Source: Anaeramoeba ignava BMAN (taxonomy: Eukaryota; Protista; Anaeramoebae). Taken from it: 64,000 nucleotides of DNA. Each line of letters opens with the position of its first letter. Position 1 is the stretch's first letter. The notes below the pieces were generated by a model, which did not search any database, was not told the origin of the DNA, and saw only the letters and a list, made by a program, of their open reading frames with translations. The translations under genes were made by a program, and so were the position numbers. Of the stretch, positions 24,924 through 36,394 are shown one piece after another. The DNA is taken from assembly GCA_028826165.1 (NCBI GenBank), contig JAPDFW010000054.1:372001-436000 (forward strand). Direction: 5' to 3'.

Positions 24924-27680
24924 ATGAATATTTGGGAAGCAATTAAAAAAAATGATATTAAATATTTAAAACAAATTAAAACACTTTCACAAAATGAATT
25001 AATAAAAGAAAAAGAAAATAAACCCATTTTACATTTTGCAATAGAAAATAAAGTTTCCAAACAAATAATTCAAATTCTAATTTCAAAAGGAGCAAAACCA
25101 AATTCAAAAGATAATTTAGGAAGAAATTCATTACATATTGCTTGTTTAAATACAAATATATCAATAGAAATTATTGAATATTTGATTGAAAAAGGTGTTG
25201 ATATTAATTCAAAAACAAATCAAAATCAAACTGCTTTACATATTATTTGTGAAAATCAAAATCCTTCATTTGAAATTATTAAGTATTTAATTGAAAACGG
25301 AGTTGATATAAATGCAAAAACAAGATATTCTAATTTAACAGCTTTACATATTGCTTGTGAAAATCGTAATTCATCAATTCAAGTTGTCAGATTATTAATC
25401 AAAAAAGGAATTAATATTAATTCAAAAACAAATCAAAATCAAACTGCTTTACATATTTCTTGTCAAAATCAAAATCCTTCATTTGAAATTATTAAGTATT
25501 TAATTGAAAACGGAATTGATATTAATTCAAAAACAAAAGATCAAAATAAAACTGTTTTACATATTATTTGTGAAAATCCAAATTCTTCATTTAAAATTAT
25601 TGAATATTTGATTCAAAAAGGAATTAATATTAATTCAAAAGCAAATCAAAATAAAACTGTTTTACATATTATTTGTGAAAACCAAAATCCTTCATTTGAA
25701 ATTATTAAGTATTTAATCTCAAAAGGAATTGATATAAATGCAAAAACATATGAAGATAAAAATGCTTTACATATTATTTGTGAAAATCAAAATCCTTCTT
25801 TTGAAATTATCAAATATTTAATCTCAAAAGGAATTGATATTAATGCAAAAACATATGAAGATAAAAATGCTTTACATATTATTTGTGAAAACCAAAATCC
25901 TTCTTTTGAACTTATAAAATTGTTAGTTTCTAATGAGATTGACATTAATGCAAAAACAAACCAAAACCAAACAGCTTTACATATTATTTGCAGAAAAAAA
26001 AATCCTTCTTTTGAAATTATTGAATATTTAATCGAAAAAGGAATTGATATAAATGCAAAAACAAATTATAACGAAACTGGTTTACATATTGCTTGCTTAA
26101 ATCCAAATTCATCTCTTGAAATTATCAAATATTTAATCTCAAAAGGAATTGATATAAATGAAAAAACAAATTATGATGAAGCTGCTTTACATTTTGCTTG
26201 CTTCAATCAAAATCTTTCATTTCAAATTATTGATTTATTAATTGAAAACGGTGTTGATATAAATACAAAAACAAATCAAAACAAAACAGTTTTACATACT
26301 GCCTGTGAAATTCAAAATCCTTCTTTTAAACTTATCAAATATTTAATCTCAAAAGGTGTTGATATAAATGCAAAAACAAATCAAAATCAAACTGTTTTAC
26401 ATATTATTTGTGAAAATGAAAATCCTTCTTTTGAAATTATCAAATATTTGATTGAAAAAGGGATTGATATAAATACACAAACAAATTATCAAAATCAATC
26501 TGTTTTACATATTGCTTGCCAAAATCAAAATACAAATTCATATTTCAAAATTATCAAATATTTGATTGAAAAAGGAATTGATATAAATGCAAAAACAAAT
26601 GAAAATCAAACGGCTTTGTATATTGCTTGCAAAAACCAAAATCCATCTCTTGAAATTATCAAATTATTGATTGAAAAAGGGATTGATATCAATGCAAAAA
26701 CATATTCGAAAGAGAAAACAGCTTTACATATTGCTTGCAAAAATGAAAATTTAAAAATTGAAATTATCAAATATTTAATTTCAAAAGGAGTTGATATAAA
26801 TGCAAAATCAGGATATAATAATCAAACAGCACTTTCAATATCAATTCATTATAAAAGAAAAGATTTAATTGAATTATTATTAATGAATGATGCAAATATT
26901 TTAAATTTATCAAAAAATAGAATAACAAATCGATTTATTAAAATTTTTTTGAAAATTTATTCAATTAATCAAGATATGAATAACTTATTAAATTCAAATG
27001 AAAATTTTTCAGATTTAACAATTCAATCAAATGATGAATTTAAATTTAATATTCATAAATTAATTTTATTAACAAGATTTGATAAAAATGAAACAATTTT
27101 ACAAAAATTTATTGATATTTGTTTTCAAAAAACAAAAGAAGATATTCAAATTATCCTCAATTTCCTTTATACTGGATTTATTTATTTTCCACAAATTTAT
27201 CAACAATTAAATCAAAAAGTAAATATTAATTTTTTGCAAATAAAAAATGAACAAAAAGAAAAAGAAATTAAATTAATAGAATTTTTGAATGAAATTGGAA
27301 TTGATTCAAAATGGATTGAAATTAAAAAAGGAAGAAAAGGAATAATAAAAGATTTATCAAAATTATATGAAGAAAATGAAACAAAAGATTTTACAATAAT
27401 TATTTCAAATGAAAAACAAATTAAAGTTCATAAATTAATATTATTTTTAAGAAGTGAATTATATAAAGGAATGTTTTTAAGTGTTCAAGATTCATCAAAT
27501 AAAGTTCATGATTATTCAAGAAAAACATTCGAAACAATTCAACAATTAATTTATTTTCTTTATTTTGATAAATTTGAAAAAAAAGAAATTCCAAAAGAAA
27601 TTAAAGAAGAATTTAAAGATTTAAAAGATTATTATCAATTAAATGAAAATTCAATAATTGATTTATTATTAAAATTTTAG
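24924..27680 (+). CDS. Ankyrin-repeat (~18) + tandem BTB/POZ protein, copy 2 (tandem paralog)
   Basis: Near-identical N- and C-termini to copy 1; two additional internal repeats. Confidence 0.93.
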   Translation: MNIWEAIKKNDIKYLKQIKTLSQNELIKEKENKPILHFAIENKVSKQIIQILISKGAKPNSKDNLGRNSLHIACLNTNISIEIIEYLIEKGVDINSKTNQNQTALHIICENQNPSFEIIKYLIENGVDINAKTRYSNLTALHIACENRNSSIQVVRLLIKKGININSKTNQNQTALHISCQNQNPSFEIIKYLIENGIDINSKTKDQNKTVLHIICENPNSSFKIIEYLIQKGININSKANQNKTVLHIICENQNPSFEIIKYLISKGIDINAKTYEDKNALHIICENQNPSFEIIKYLISKGIDINAKTYEDKNALHIICENQNPSFELIKLLVSNEIDINAKTNQNQTALHIICRKKNPSFEIIEYLIEKGIDINAKTNYNETGLHIACLNPNSSLEIIKYLISKGIDINEKTNYDEAALHFACFNQNLSFQIIDLLIENGVDINTKTNQNKTVLHTACEIQNPSFKLIKYLISKGVDINAKTNQNQTVLHIICENENPSFEIIKYLIEKGIDINTQTNYQNQSVLHIACQNQNTNSYFKIIKYLIEKGIDINAKTNENQTALYIACKNQNPSLEIIKLLIEKGIDINAKTYSKEKTALHIACKNENLKIEIIKYLISKGVDINAKSGYNNQTALSISIHYKRKDLIELLLMNDANILNLSKNRITNRFIKIFLKIYSINQDMNNLLNSNENFSDLTIQSNDEFKFNIHKLILLTRFDKNETILQKFIDICFQKTKEDIQIILNFLYTGFIYFPQIYQQLNQKVNINFLQIKNEQKEKEIKLIEFLNEIGIDSKWIEIKKGRKGIIKDLSKLYEENETKDFTIIISNEKQIKVHKLILFLRSELYKGMFLSVQDSSNKVHDYSRKTFETIQQLIYFLYFDKFEKKEIPKEIKEEFKDLKDYYQLNENSIIDLLLKF

Positions 27681-27712
27681 AAAACAAAAAAAGAAAATAA
27701 AAAATTTTAATT

Positions 27713-30679
27713 TCATTTTTGAATTGGAATTCTTCTATTTTGAAATTTAAAACTTAATGAAGAAGATATAGTTTCACCAATAAAAATAGGAATTGAAGTT
27801 GAATTTCCTGAAGCAACAAATAAGGAATTTTCAAAAGTGAAATTATGGATTGCAAATGAGAAAATAGAAGAAAGAGATTGAAATCTATTTGGATGAGAAA
27901 TGGATTTTATTTTTCCTTGCAAAGACCAATTATAAATATTTCTTTCATTTCCGACAGAAAAAATATCTGAAGAATTAAATTTAACATTTTGAGGACAACT
28001 GTAAGTTGGTAAAATTGAGGAAATTTTGCCTGATGTAATATTCCAAACCATTAAGCAATTTAATCCAGTTCCACAAACTAGCCATTTCTCAGATGAATCA
28101 GTATCCAAACATGAAACCCAAGCAGAGTTTGATTTGGTAAATCCAGTATAATTTTTATCATTTATAATTTCCCCTTTTGAAATATCTAAATTCATTGTTG
28201 GAGAGTTAGATCTCATATCCCAAAATGTAACAAATCCATCATCTGAACCACTTATAAGTAGATCAAAATTTGGTAAATATTTGATACAATGAATGTAATC
28301 TTTGTGATTTTCTAAATTTCGGATAATTTTTTGAGTTTCTAAATCCCAAACATCAATTATATTATTTCCAGTTGCTCCAAAAAGAATATTGTTTTTTGAA
28401 TCATATGCAATATCATTTACTTCAGGTATCTCAGATATTGATTCATTTGTTGAAATTGATTGTTTTGTTGTTTGTAGATGAATTAGTGGGTTGATGTTTT
28501 GAGAAAGTGAAATTTCTCCTGATTTTTCTCTCCATTTCCAAATTGATACTCCATTTTCTCCTCCAATAAAAAGTAATTCTTCTTGTGATGAAGTTTTTCC
28601 AAATTCTAAACAATATAAACATTTTGATTTTGAATTATCTGGTATTGTATATATTGAAAGAAATGGTTTTATTTGATAATCAAAATTGTTTGTTTGATTT
28701 ATTTGTTTTTTCCAAAATTTTTGGTTCTTTTTTTTTATAAATTTAAAAGATAATTTAATAAATAAATTTAAAAGATAATTTATAAATAAATTTAAAAGAA
28801 TAATTTATAAATAAATTTAAAATATAATTAATAAATAAATTTAAAAGATAATTTATAAATAAATTTAAAAGATATTTAATAAATAAATTTAAAATATAAT
28901 TTATAAATAAATTTAAAAGATAATTTATAAATAAATTTAAAATATAATTTATAAATAAATTTAAAATATAATTTATAAATAAATTTAAAAGATAATTAAT
29001 AAATAAATTTAAAAGATAATTTATAAATAAATTTAAAAATAAATAATTTAAAATATAATTAATAAATAAATTTAAAATATAATTTATAAATAAATTTAAA
29101 ATATAATTTATAAATAAATTTAAAATATAATTTATAAATAAATTTAAAATATAATTTATAAATAAATTTAAAAAAGATAATTAATAAATAAATTTAAAAA
29201 TATAATTAATAAATAATTTTAAAAATTAATTTATAAATAAATTTAAAAATATAATTTATAAATAAATTTAAAAGATAATTTATAAATAAATTTAAAAGAT
29301 AATTTATAAATAAATTTAAAAGATAATTTATAAATAAATTTAAAAGATAATTATAAATAAATTTAAAAGATAATTTTAAAAATTAAAAATTTAAAATAAA
29401 TAAATTTAAAATATAATTTATAAATAAATTTAAAAGATAATTTATAAATAAATTTAAAAATATAATTTATAAATAAATTTAAAATATAATTTATAAATAA
29501 ATTTAAAAATATAATTTATAAATAAATTTAAAAGATAATTAAATAAATTTATAAATAAAATTTAAAAAAGATAATTTATAAATAAATTTAAAATATAATT
29601 TATAAATAAATTTAAAAAGATAATTTATAAATAAATTTAAAAATATAATTTATAAAATAAATTTAAAATATAATTTATAAATAAATTTAAAATATATAAT
29701 TTATAAATAAATTTTAAAATATAATTTATAAATAAATTTTAAAATATAATTTATAAATAAATTTAAAAAAAAGATAATTTATTTAAAATAAATTTATAAA
29801 AAAAATTAAAAATAAATAAATTTAAAAAGATTGAAAAGAAGAATTTAAAATATAAATAAAAAACAAAAACAAATTTATAAATGAAATTTAAAAATAATTT
29901 ATAAAATAAATCCATGAAATTATTTAATTTATAAATAAAATTTTTCCATAATTTATAAATAAAGAAAAAATATATTATAAATTTAAAATATAATTTTATA
30001 ATTAAATTTTAAAATATTAAAATTTAAATTTTCTTTTTAAAAATGAAAAATGAAAAATGAAAAAGAATTTTTTCATTTAAAAAATTTTATTAAATAATTC
30101 TTCGTGCTTTTTCTTAAATAAATTTAAAAAAAATTTTTTATAAAAAAATTTAAAAATTGGTTTATAAAATAAATTTAAAATCAAAAATATAAATTTTAAA
30201 TTTAATTTAAATTTAAATTTAAAAATTTTATTTTTATTTTAAAATGAAAAATTTTTAAAAAATTTAAAAGATAATTAATAAATAAATTTAAAAGATAATT
30301 AATAAAAAAATTAAAATATAATTTAAAATAAGTTTAAAGTTTATAATCGATCAAATGGAAAAATTATTGTTGAAATAAATTTATGAAGAAAAAAATTAAA
30401 ATTTATAATTTATAAAAAAATTTAAAATATAATTAATAAATAAGTTTAAAAGATAATTTATAAATAAATTTATAAAGAAATTAAAATTAGTTTTGTTCAA
30501 TTTGAAAAGAAGAATATAAACAAATAAAAAACACAAACAAATGCTTCTGAAATTTGAAAAACATTAAGAAATCCATGATTATTTGCAGCAAATAAGTATT
30601 TTCCATCATTACTAAATAAAGAAGAATATATTGTAGTTGTAATATCTTTTCTAATTTCATTTTCAGTTAAAATTTCCAT
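27713..30679 (-). CDS. THOC6: THO complex subunit 6 (WD40)
   Basis: Exon 30679-30539 (TIYSSLFSNDGKYLFAANNHGFLNVFQISEAF resembles the THOC6 N-terminus), intron 30538-28727, exon 28726-27713 in frame with WD repeats (IPEVNDI, HKDYIHCI, SGSDDGFVTFWD, WLVCGTG). Confidence 0.85.
28727..30538 (-). repeat. 1.8-kb intron of a 24-mer array (ATAAATAAATTTAAAAGATAATTT)n on +
   Basis: Clean array about 28735-29760, degraded beyond (see ghost-copy finding). Confidence 0.88.
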
Positions 30680-30757
30680 TTTCTTTTTTTTAAAAATGAA
30701 AAAAATGAAAAAAATGAAAAGAAGTTTTTTTTCATTTTTTTTTTAAATTTTTATTAA

Positions 30758-33700
30758 ATGATTCTTCGTGCTTTTTTTTCTTCAAAACCTAAAAACAAAT
30801 TTTCACTTCAAAGACTTGAGTAAAAATTGGTTTATTTCTAAAACAATCAAAAAATATCAATTTTATTATTTTTTTTTTCTATTTAAAATTTAATTTTTAA
30901 ATTTTTTTTTTTATTTGATGAAAAAAAAATTTTTTTTTCAAAATGATTAATTAAAAATTTAAAAAGATATTTACATAAAATTATTAAAAACAATAAAGTT
31001 TATAATCGATCAAATGGAAAAATTATTGTTGAAACTCTTCGTGAAATTTCAGAATTAATGATTTGGGGTGACCAAAATAATGAGAAAATTATTGAGTAAT
31101 TCAAATCAAATCAATTCAAATCAAATCAATTCAAATCAATTCAATTCAAATCAAATCAATTCAATTCAATTCAATTCAATTCAATTCAAATCAATTCAAA
31201 TCAAATCAATTCAAATCAAATCAAATCAAATCAATTCAAATCAAATCAAATCAAATCAATTCAATATTCAATTCAAATCCAATAAATCAATTCAAATCAA
31301 ATTCAAATCAAATTCAAATTCAATCAAATTCAAATCAATTCAATTCAATTCAAATTTCAAATCAAATCCAAATCAAATCAATTTCAAATTCAAATTCCAA
31401 ATCAATTTCAAATTTTCAATTACCAAATTCAATTTCAAATCAATTCCAATTCCAATCAAATCAAATTCCAAATACCTCAAATCAATTTCAATTCAATTCA
31501 ATTCAATTCGAATTCAATTACAATTCCAATTCAATTTCAATTCAATTCCAATTCAATATTCAATTCAATTCAATATTCAATTCAAATCAAATAAAATCAA
31601 ATCAAATCAAATTTAATATCAATTATTTATTCGTCAATTCAAATTCCAATTTCCAATATTCATTTCAAATTATTCAATTCCAAATTCAAATCAAATTCAA
31701 ATCAAATCAAATCAAAATCAATTCCAAATCAATCAAATTTTCAAAAATTCAAATTTTTCAAATCAATTCAAAACCCAAATCAATATTCAAATTCAAATCA
31801 AATCAAATCAAATCAAATCAATATTTTTAATATCCAATTCAATTCAATTTCAAATCAAATCAAATCAATATTCAATATCAATAATTCCAAATCAATTTCA
31901 ATTCCAAATCAAATTCAAAATCAATTCAAAATTCCAATTTCAAATCAAATCAATTTCCAAATCAAAATCAAATTCCAAATCAAAAAATTCCAATTCAAAT
32001 TCAATTCAATTCAAAATTCCAATTTCAAATCAAATTCAAATTCAAATCAAATCAATTTCAAATCATCCAATTCAAATTCCAAATCAATTTCAATTCACTC
32101 AAATTCAATTCCAATCAATTTCAATTCAATTCAAATTCAAATATTCAATATTCAAATCAATTTCAAAATTCAAATTCAATTCAATTCAAATTTCTCAAAT
32201 CATTCAAATTCAAATCAATTTCAAATCAAATCAAATCAAAAATCAAATCAAATCAATTTCAATCAATTCAATTTCCATTCAAATCAATATTTAATATTCC
32301 AATTCAAATCAAATCATTTCAAATCAAATCAATTCCAAATTTCAAATATTCAATTTCAATTCAATTCAAATTCAATTCCAATTCAATTCCAATTCAATTC
32401 AATTCAATTCCATTCAATTTAATATTCAAATCAATATTCAAATCAATTTCAATTCAATATTCAATTCAAATCAAATTCAAATCAATTCAAATCAAATCAA
32501 ATCAAATCAATATTTAATATCCAATTCAATTCAAATCAATTCAATTCAATTCAAATCAATTCAATTCAATTCAATTTTTAATATCCAATTCAATCCAATT
32601 CAATTTTAATTTTGAATTTAAATATTATTTTAAAATATATAAAGTTGGTTCTTTGAAAAGAATATTATGGCATTCTTTCTTAGTTTTTTAGATCAAAAAA
32701 CACCAGTTGAAATTAAAAAACAACTTTTACAAACAATATCAATAATGTTCGAAAATATCAAAACACAATCAGCAATTTATTATTTACTTTCAAACAATCA
32801 TATAAATTCAATAATTGAACATGAATTTGATTTTTCAGACGATGAAGTTTTAGCATATTATATTACATTACTAAAAGCTTTATCTCTTAAACTAAACAAA
32901 GATACAATTCAATTTTTTATTGATGAAGTAGATTATATTATTTTATATTATTTTTTCAAGAATTCTTTTATTATTAATATTTTATTATCCTTTATGTTCG
33001 TTTTGAATTTTAGAAAACTAAATCTTTTCCTTTATATACAGAATCTGTGAAATTTTTTAATCATAAAGATTTTATGGTTAGAGTTGCAGTTAGAACAATA
33101 ACTCTTAATGTATTTCGAAGTAAAGGAAATATCCAATTTAAAAATAAATATTCAATTAAATATTCAAATAAATATTAAAAATAAATATTAAATTAAATAT
33201 TCAATTAAATATTAAAATAAATATTCAATTAAATATTAAAATAAATATTAAAATAAATATTAAAAATAAATATTAAAATAATTTAAACAGTAAACTTGGA
33301 TATAATTAGAGAAATTGTTCTTTCAGAAGATATTGCTCCTTATTTTCTTAATCTTGCTTGTTTTATTTATCAAAATTGTGTTTCAATTCAAAATGTTTTA
33401 GATAAATCATCGTAAAAATCAAAATTAAAATCAAAATTAAAATCAAAATTAAAAAATTTGAAGAAAATACTTTAATCTAAATTTTAAATTTGTTACTACT
33501 GTTGTTTTTTTTTATATTTTAATGATAAAAGTTATACAAAATTGCAATGGGTTGATGATCAATTATTTGCTCAACTTGATAATTTATATTATTTATCTGA
33601 TATTTTCAGATTAAATATTCCTGAATTAAACAAAAGTCTTTCAGCAAATTTAATAAAAAATTTATTTATTCTTCTTGTTGAAGTTTTAAATTCAAATTCA

Positions 33701-36246
33701 AATCAAATTCAAAATGAAATTCAAAATCAAAATCAAAATGAAAATGAAAATGAAAATCAAATTCAAATTCAAATTCAAAATCAAAATCAAATTCAAAATC
33801 AAAATAATCAAAATAAAAATAACCAAAATGAAAATCAAAATCAAATTCAAAATCAAAATCAAAATCAAAATCAAAATGAAAATCAAAATCAAAATCAAAA
33901 TCAAAATAAAAATAATCAAAATGAAAATCAAAATAAAAATAATCAAAATAAAAATCAAAATAAAAATAATCAAAATAAAAATCAAATCAAAATCAAAATC
34001 AAAATGAAAATAAAAATAAAAATCAAAATCAAAATAAAAATCAAAATCAAAATAAAAATCAAAATAAAAATGAAAATCAAATTCAAAATCAAAATCAAAA
34101 TCAAAATCAAAATCAAAATCAAAATAAAAATCAAAATAAAAATAAAAATCAAAATCAAAATAAAAATCAAAATCAAAAATAAAATTAAAAATTCAAAATA
34201 TATTTAAAAATGAAAATCAAAATATATTTAAAAATCAAAATCAAAATACATGCCAAGATCAAAACCCTAAAGTAGATATAATTATTAATTAACAAAAAAA
34301 AAAAAACTTTTATAAAAAAAAAATTAAATACTTTTTTTTCTTTATAAAAAAATATCATTTACAGTATCAAATATCACCAGTTCTTTCTTTATGTTTATTA
34401 GCACAATCATTTCATGTAATTTCATGTGTTGATTTAGTTAATGAACTTGCTGAAGTTTTATTTGAATCGAAATTACCTAATATTGAAAAATATAATAAAA
34501 TAATTTCAACACCAACAAGAAAAGTTAAAAAACCAACAAGAAGTATTAGTTTTTCTTTATTTAGCGATGAATTTACAAAAAAGAAGGAATCTTTATTTAA
34601 TGAATCAAATTTATTTCCCAAAATGATTCGTTCAGTTTCAACAACATTTTCACAACATAATGATATGAATGATGATGATAATGATGATGATTTAGTAGTG
34701 AAAATTTTTGTATCAGATTTTGTTAGTCAAATTGTTGAAAATTCTTTAGAAAAAATGAAAAAGAAAAATATTAAATCTATCAGGAAAAAGCAAAAAAGAA
34801 GGAAAAAATCAAATTTATCAGGAAATTTTGCTAAAAACAAAATCATTTCATATCTTGAATCTCAAGATGAAAGATTTGTGTTATTTTCGATGTGTTTATT
34901 TTATTCAATTATCAAACACAAAAGTAATTTGTTTTTTTTTCAAAGAAGAACAAAAAAAAAAAGTAACTTGTGTTTTTAATTGTAAATTCTTATTGAAAAT
35001 ACAAACAAATTTAGCAATATCAAAGTATTTGTTGATTAAACATGATATCCTTCCAGCAAAATTTGTTAAAACTCAAAAAATTTTTCAATCTTTAACTCAT
35101 GAAAATGATTCAACTTCAGATTTTTCAAGATTTTCAAAAAAATCAGGAATTTTTCAACATTCTTTGAATGAGAATCAAAATTTACAAGAAGAAAAACAAT
35201 TTGATTATCCGATTTGGCTAATTGATAAGTTATTGAAAATATTTTTTAGAAGACCTTTTTGTTGTTATCCAATTTATCAAGTCTGCTTCAATTTAATTAT
35301 CCAATTAGTTTTTATAAGCAAACATTCTGGACCTTTTTTAAATTCAAAACATCAAGAATTATTCGATGTAAAAATTTAATCAAAATTTCATCAAAATTTA
35401 AAAATAAATTGAAAAACAAAATATTCATTTAGGATGCTTGTGATTTAATATCAAATGATTTAAATGAACATTTACTCAAAAATTCAATTTCTACAATTGA
35501 ATTCTTTGAAAATGAATTTTCTAGTTTTGAATCAAGAACTTTTAGTTTTGAAAAAATTCTTCGGAATCCAATTTTATTAAAACCATTTTTAAATGATAAT
35601 TTTTATGGAATTGGTAAAAAAAAACACAAGAAAAGAAATTTTTTTTTTGTTCCACTTTTTTTAATCAAACAAATTTTTTTTTTGTTTCAAATTAGATTTA
35701 TTTTTTAGACATGCATTTGGACCAAATGAACAAATTATAAAAACCTGTCAGTTATTTTTGATATTAAGAAAATTGAAGAATAAATTAGATTTAAAAACAG
35801 AAGAACTTCTTCCGTTAAAAGAAAAACCAGAACCTGAATGGATGAAAGAGGGAAAAGCTTTTGATTCACAATCAAAAGATATAATTCAATGTGAAAAAAT
35901 AATGGAAAATCCACAAAACAATAAAATTGTGAAAAATCACTTAGTTTTTATTGAAGGTTATATTGTTTTTCTTGATTTAATTTCTTCTGATTCTGGATTC
36001 CCTTCAACACTTATTAAATCCTTTATTCAAATTTCGAAAATTCAAATTAAACTGTTAGAAGAAGAAAGAATTTGGAAAATTTCTTCTTCTGTTGATTTTG
36101 ATTTGAATTTGAAACTCAGATTTGAAAATCAAACTTCTTATAAAACAGCAAAACAAGTTTTAGAACAAGAAAAATTATTTGTTAATCAATTTAAAATTAA
36201 TCAAATGGAAATTTTATTGAATGAAATGAAAAAGAAAAAGAAATGA
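30758..36246 (+). CDS. CLEC16A: CLEC16A/TT9/gop-1 (FPL domain) protein, about 10 exons
   Basis: Spliced N-terminus [96 protein letters not shown] is the FPL signature. Contains an N/Q tract (about 33690-34250) with apparent slips. Confidence 0.9.
31096..32644 (+). repeat. 1.55-kb intron of (CAAAT/CAATT)n pentamers
   Basis: GTAATT donor at 31096, AAAG acceptor ending 32644; flanking exons join in frame. Confidence 0.93.
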
Positions 36247-36394
36247 AAGAAAATTAAAAAAAAAAAAATTTTTTTTTAATTAAAAAAAGTGGAACAAAAA
36301 AAATTTTTTTTTTTTGATTTTGAAAGTCAAAAAAAAAAAGAAGAAGAAGAAGAATTTGGAAAATGAAATTTTTTGTTTGTTTTTTTTTTATCAT

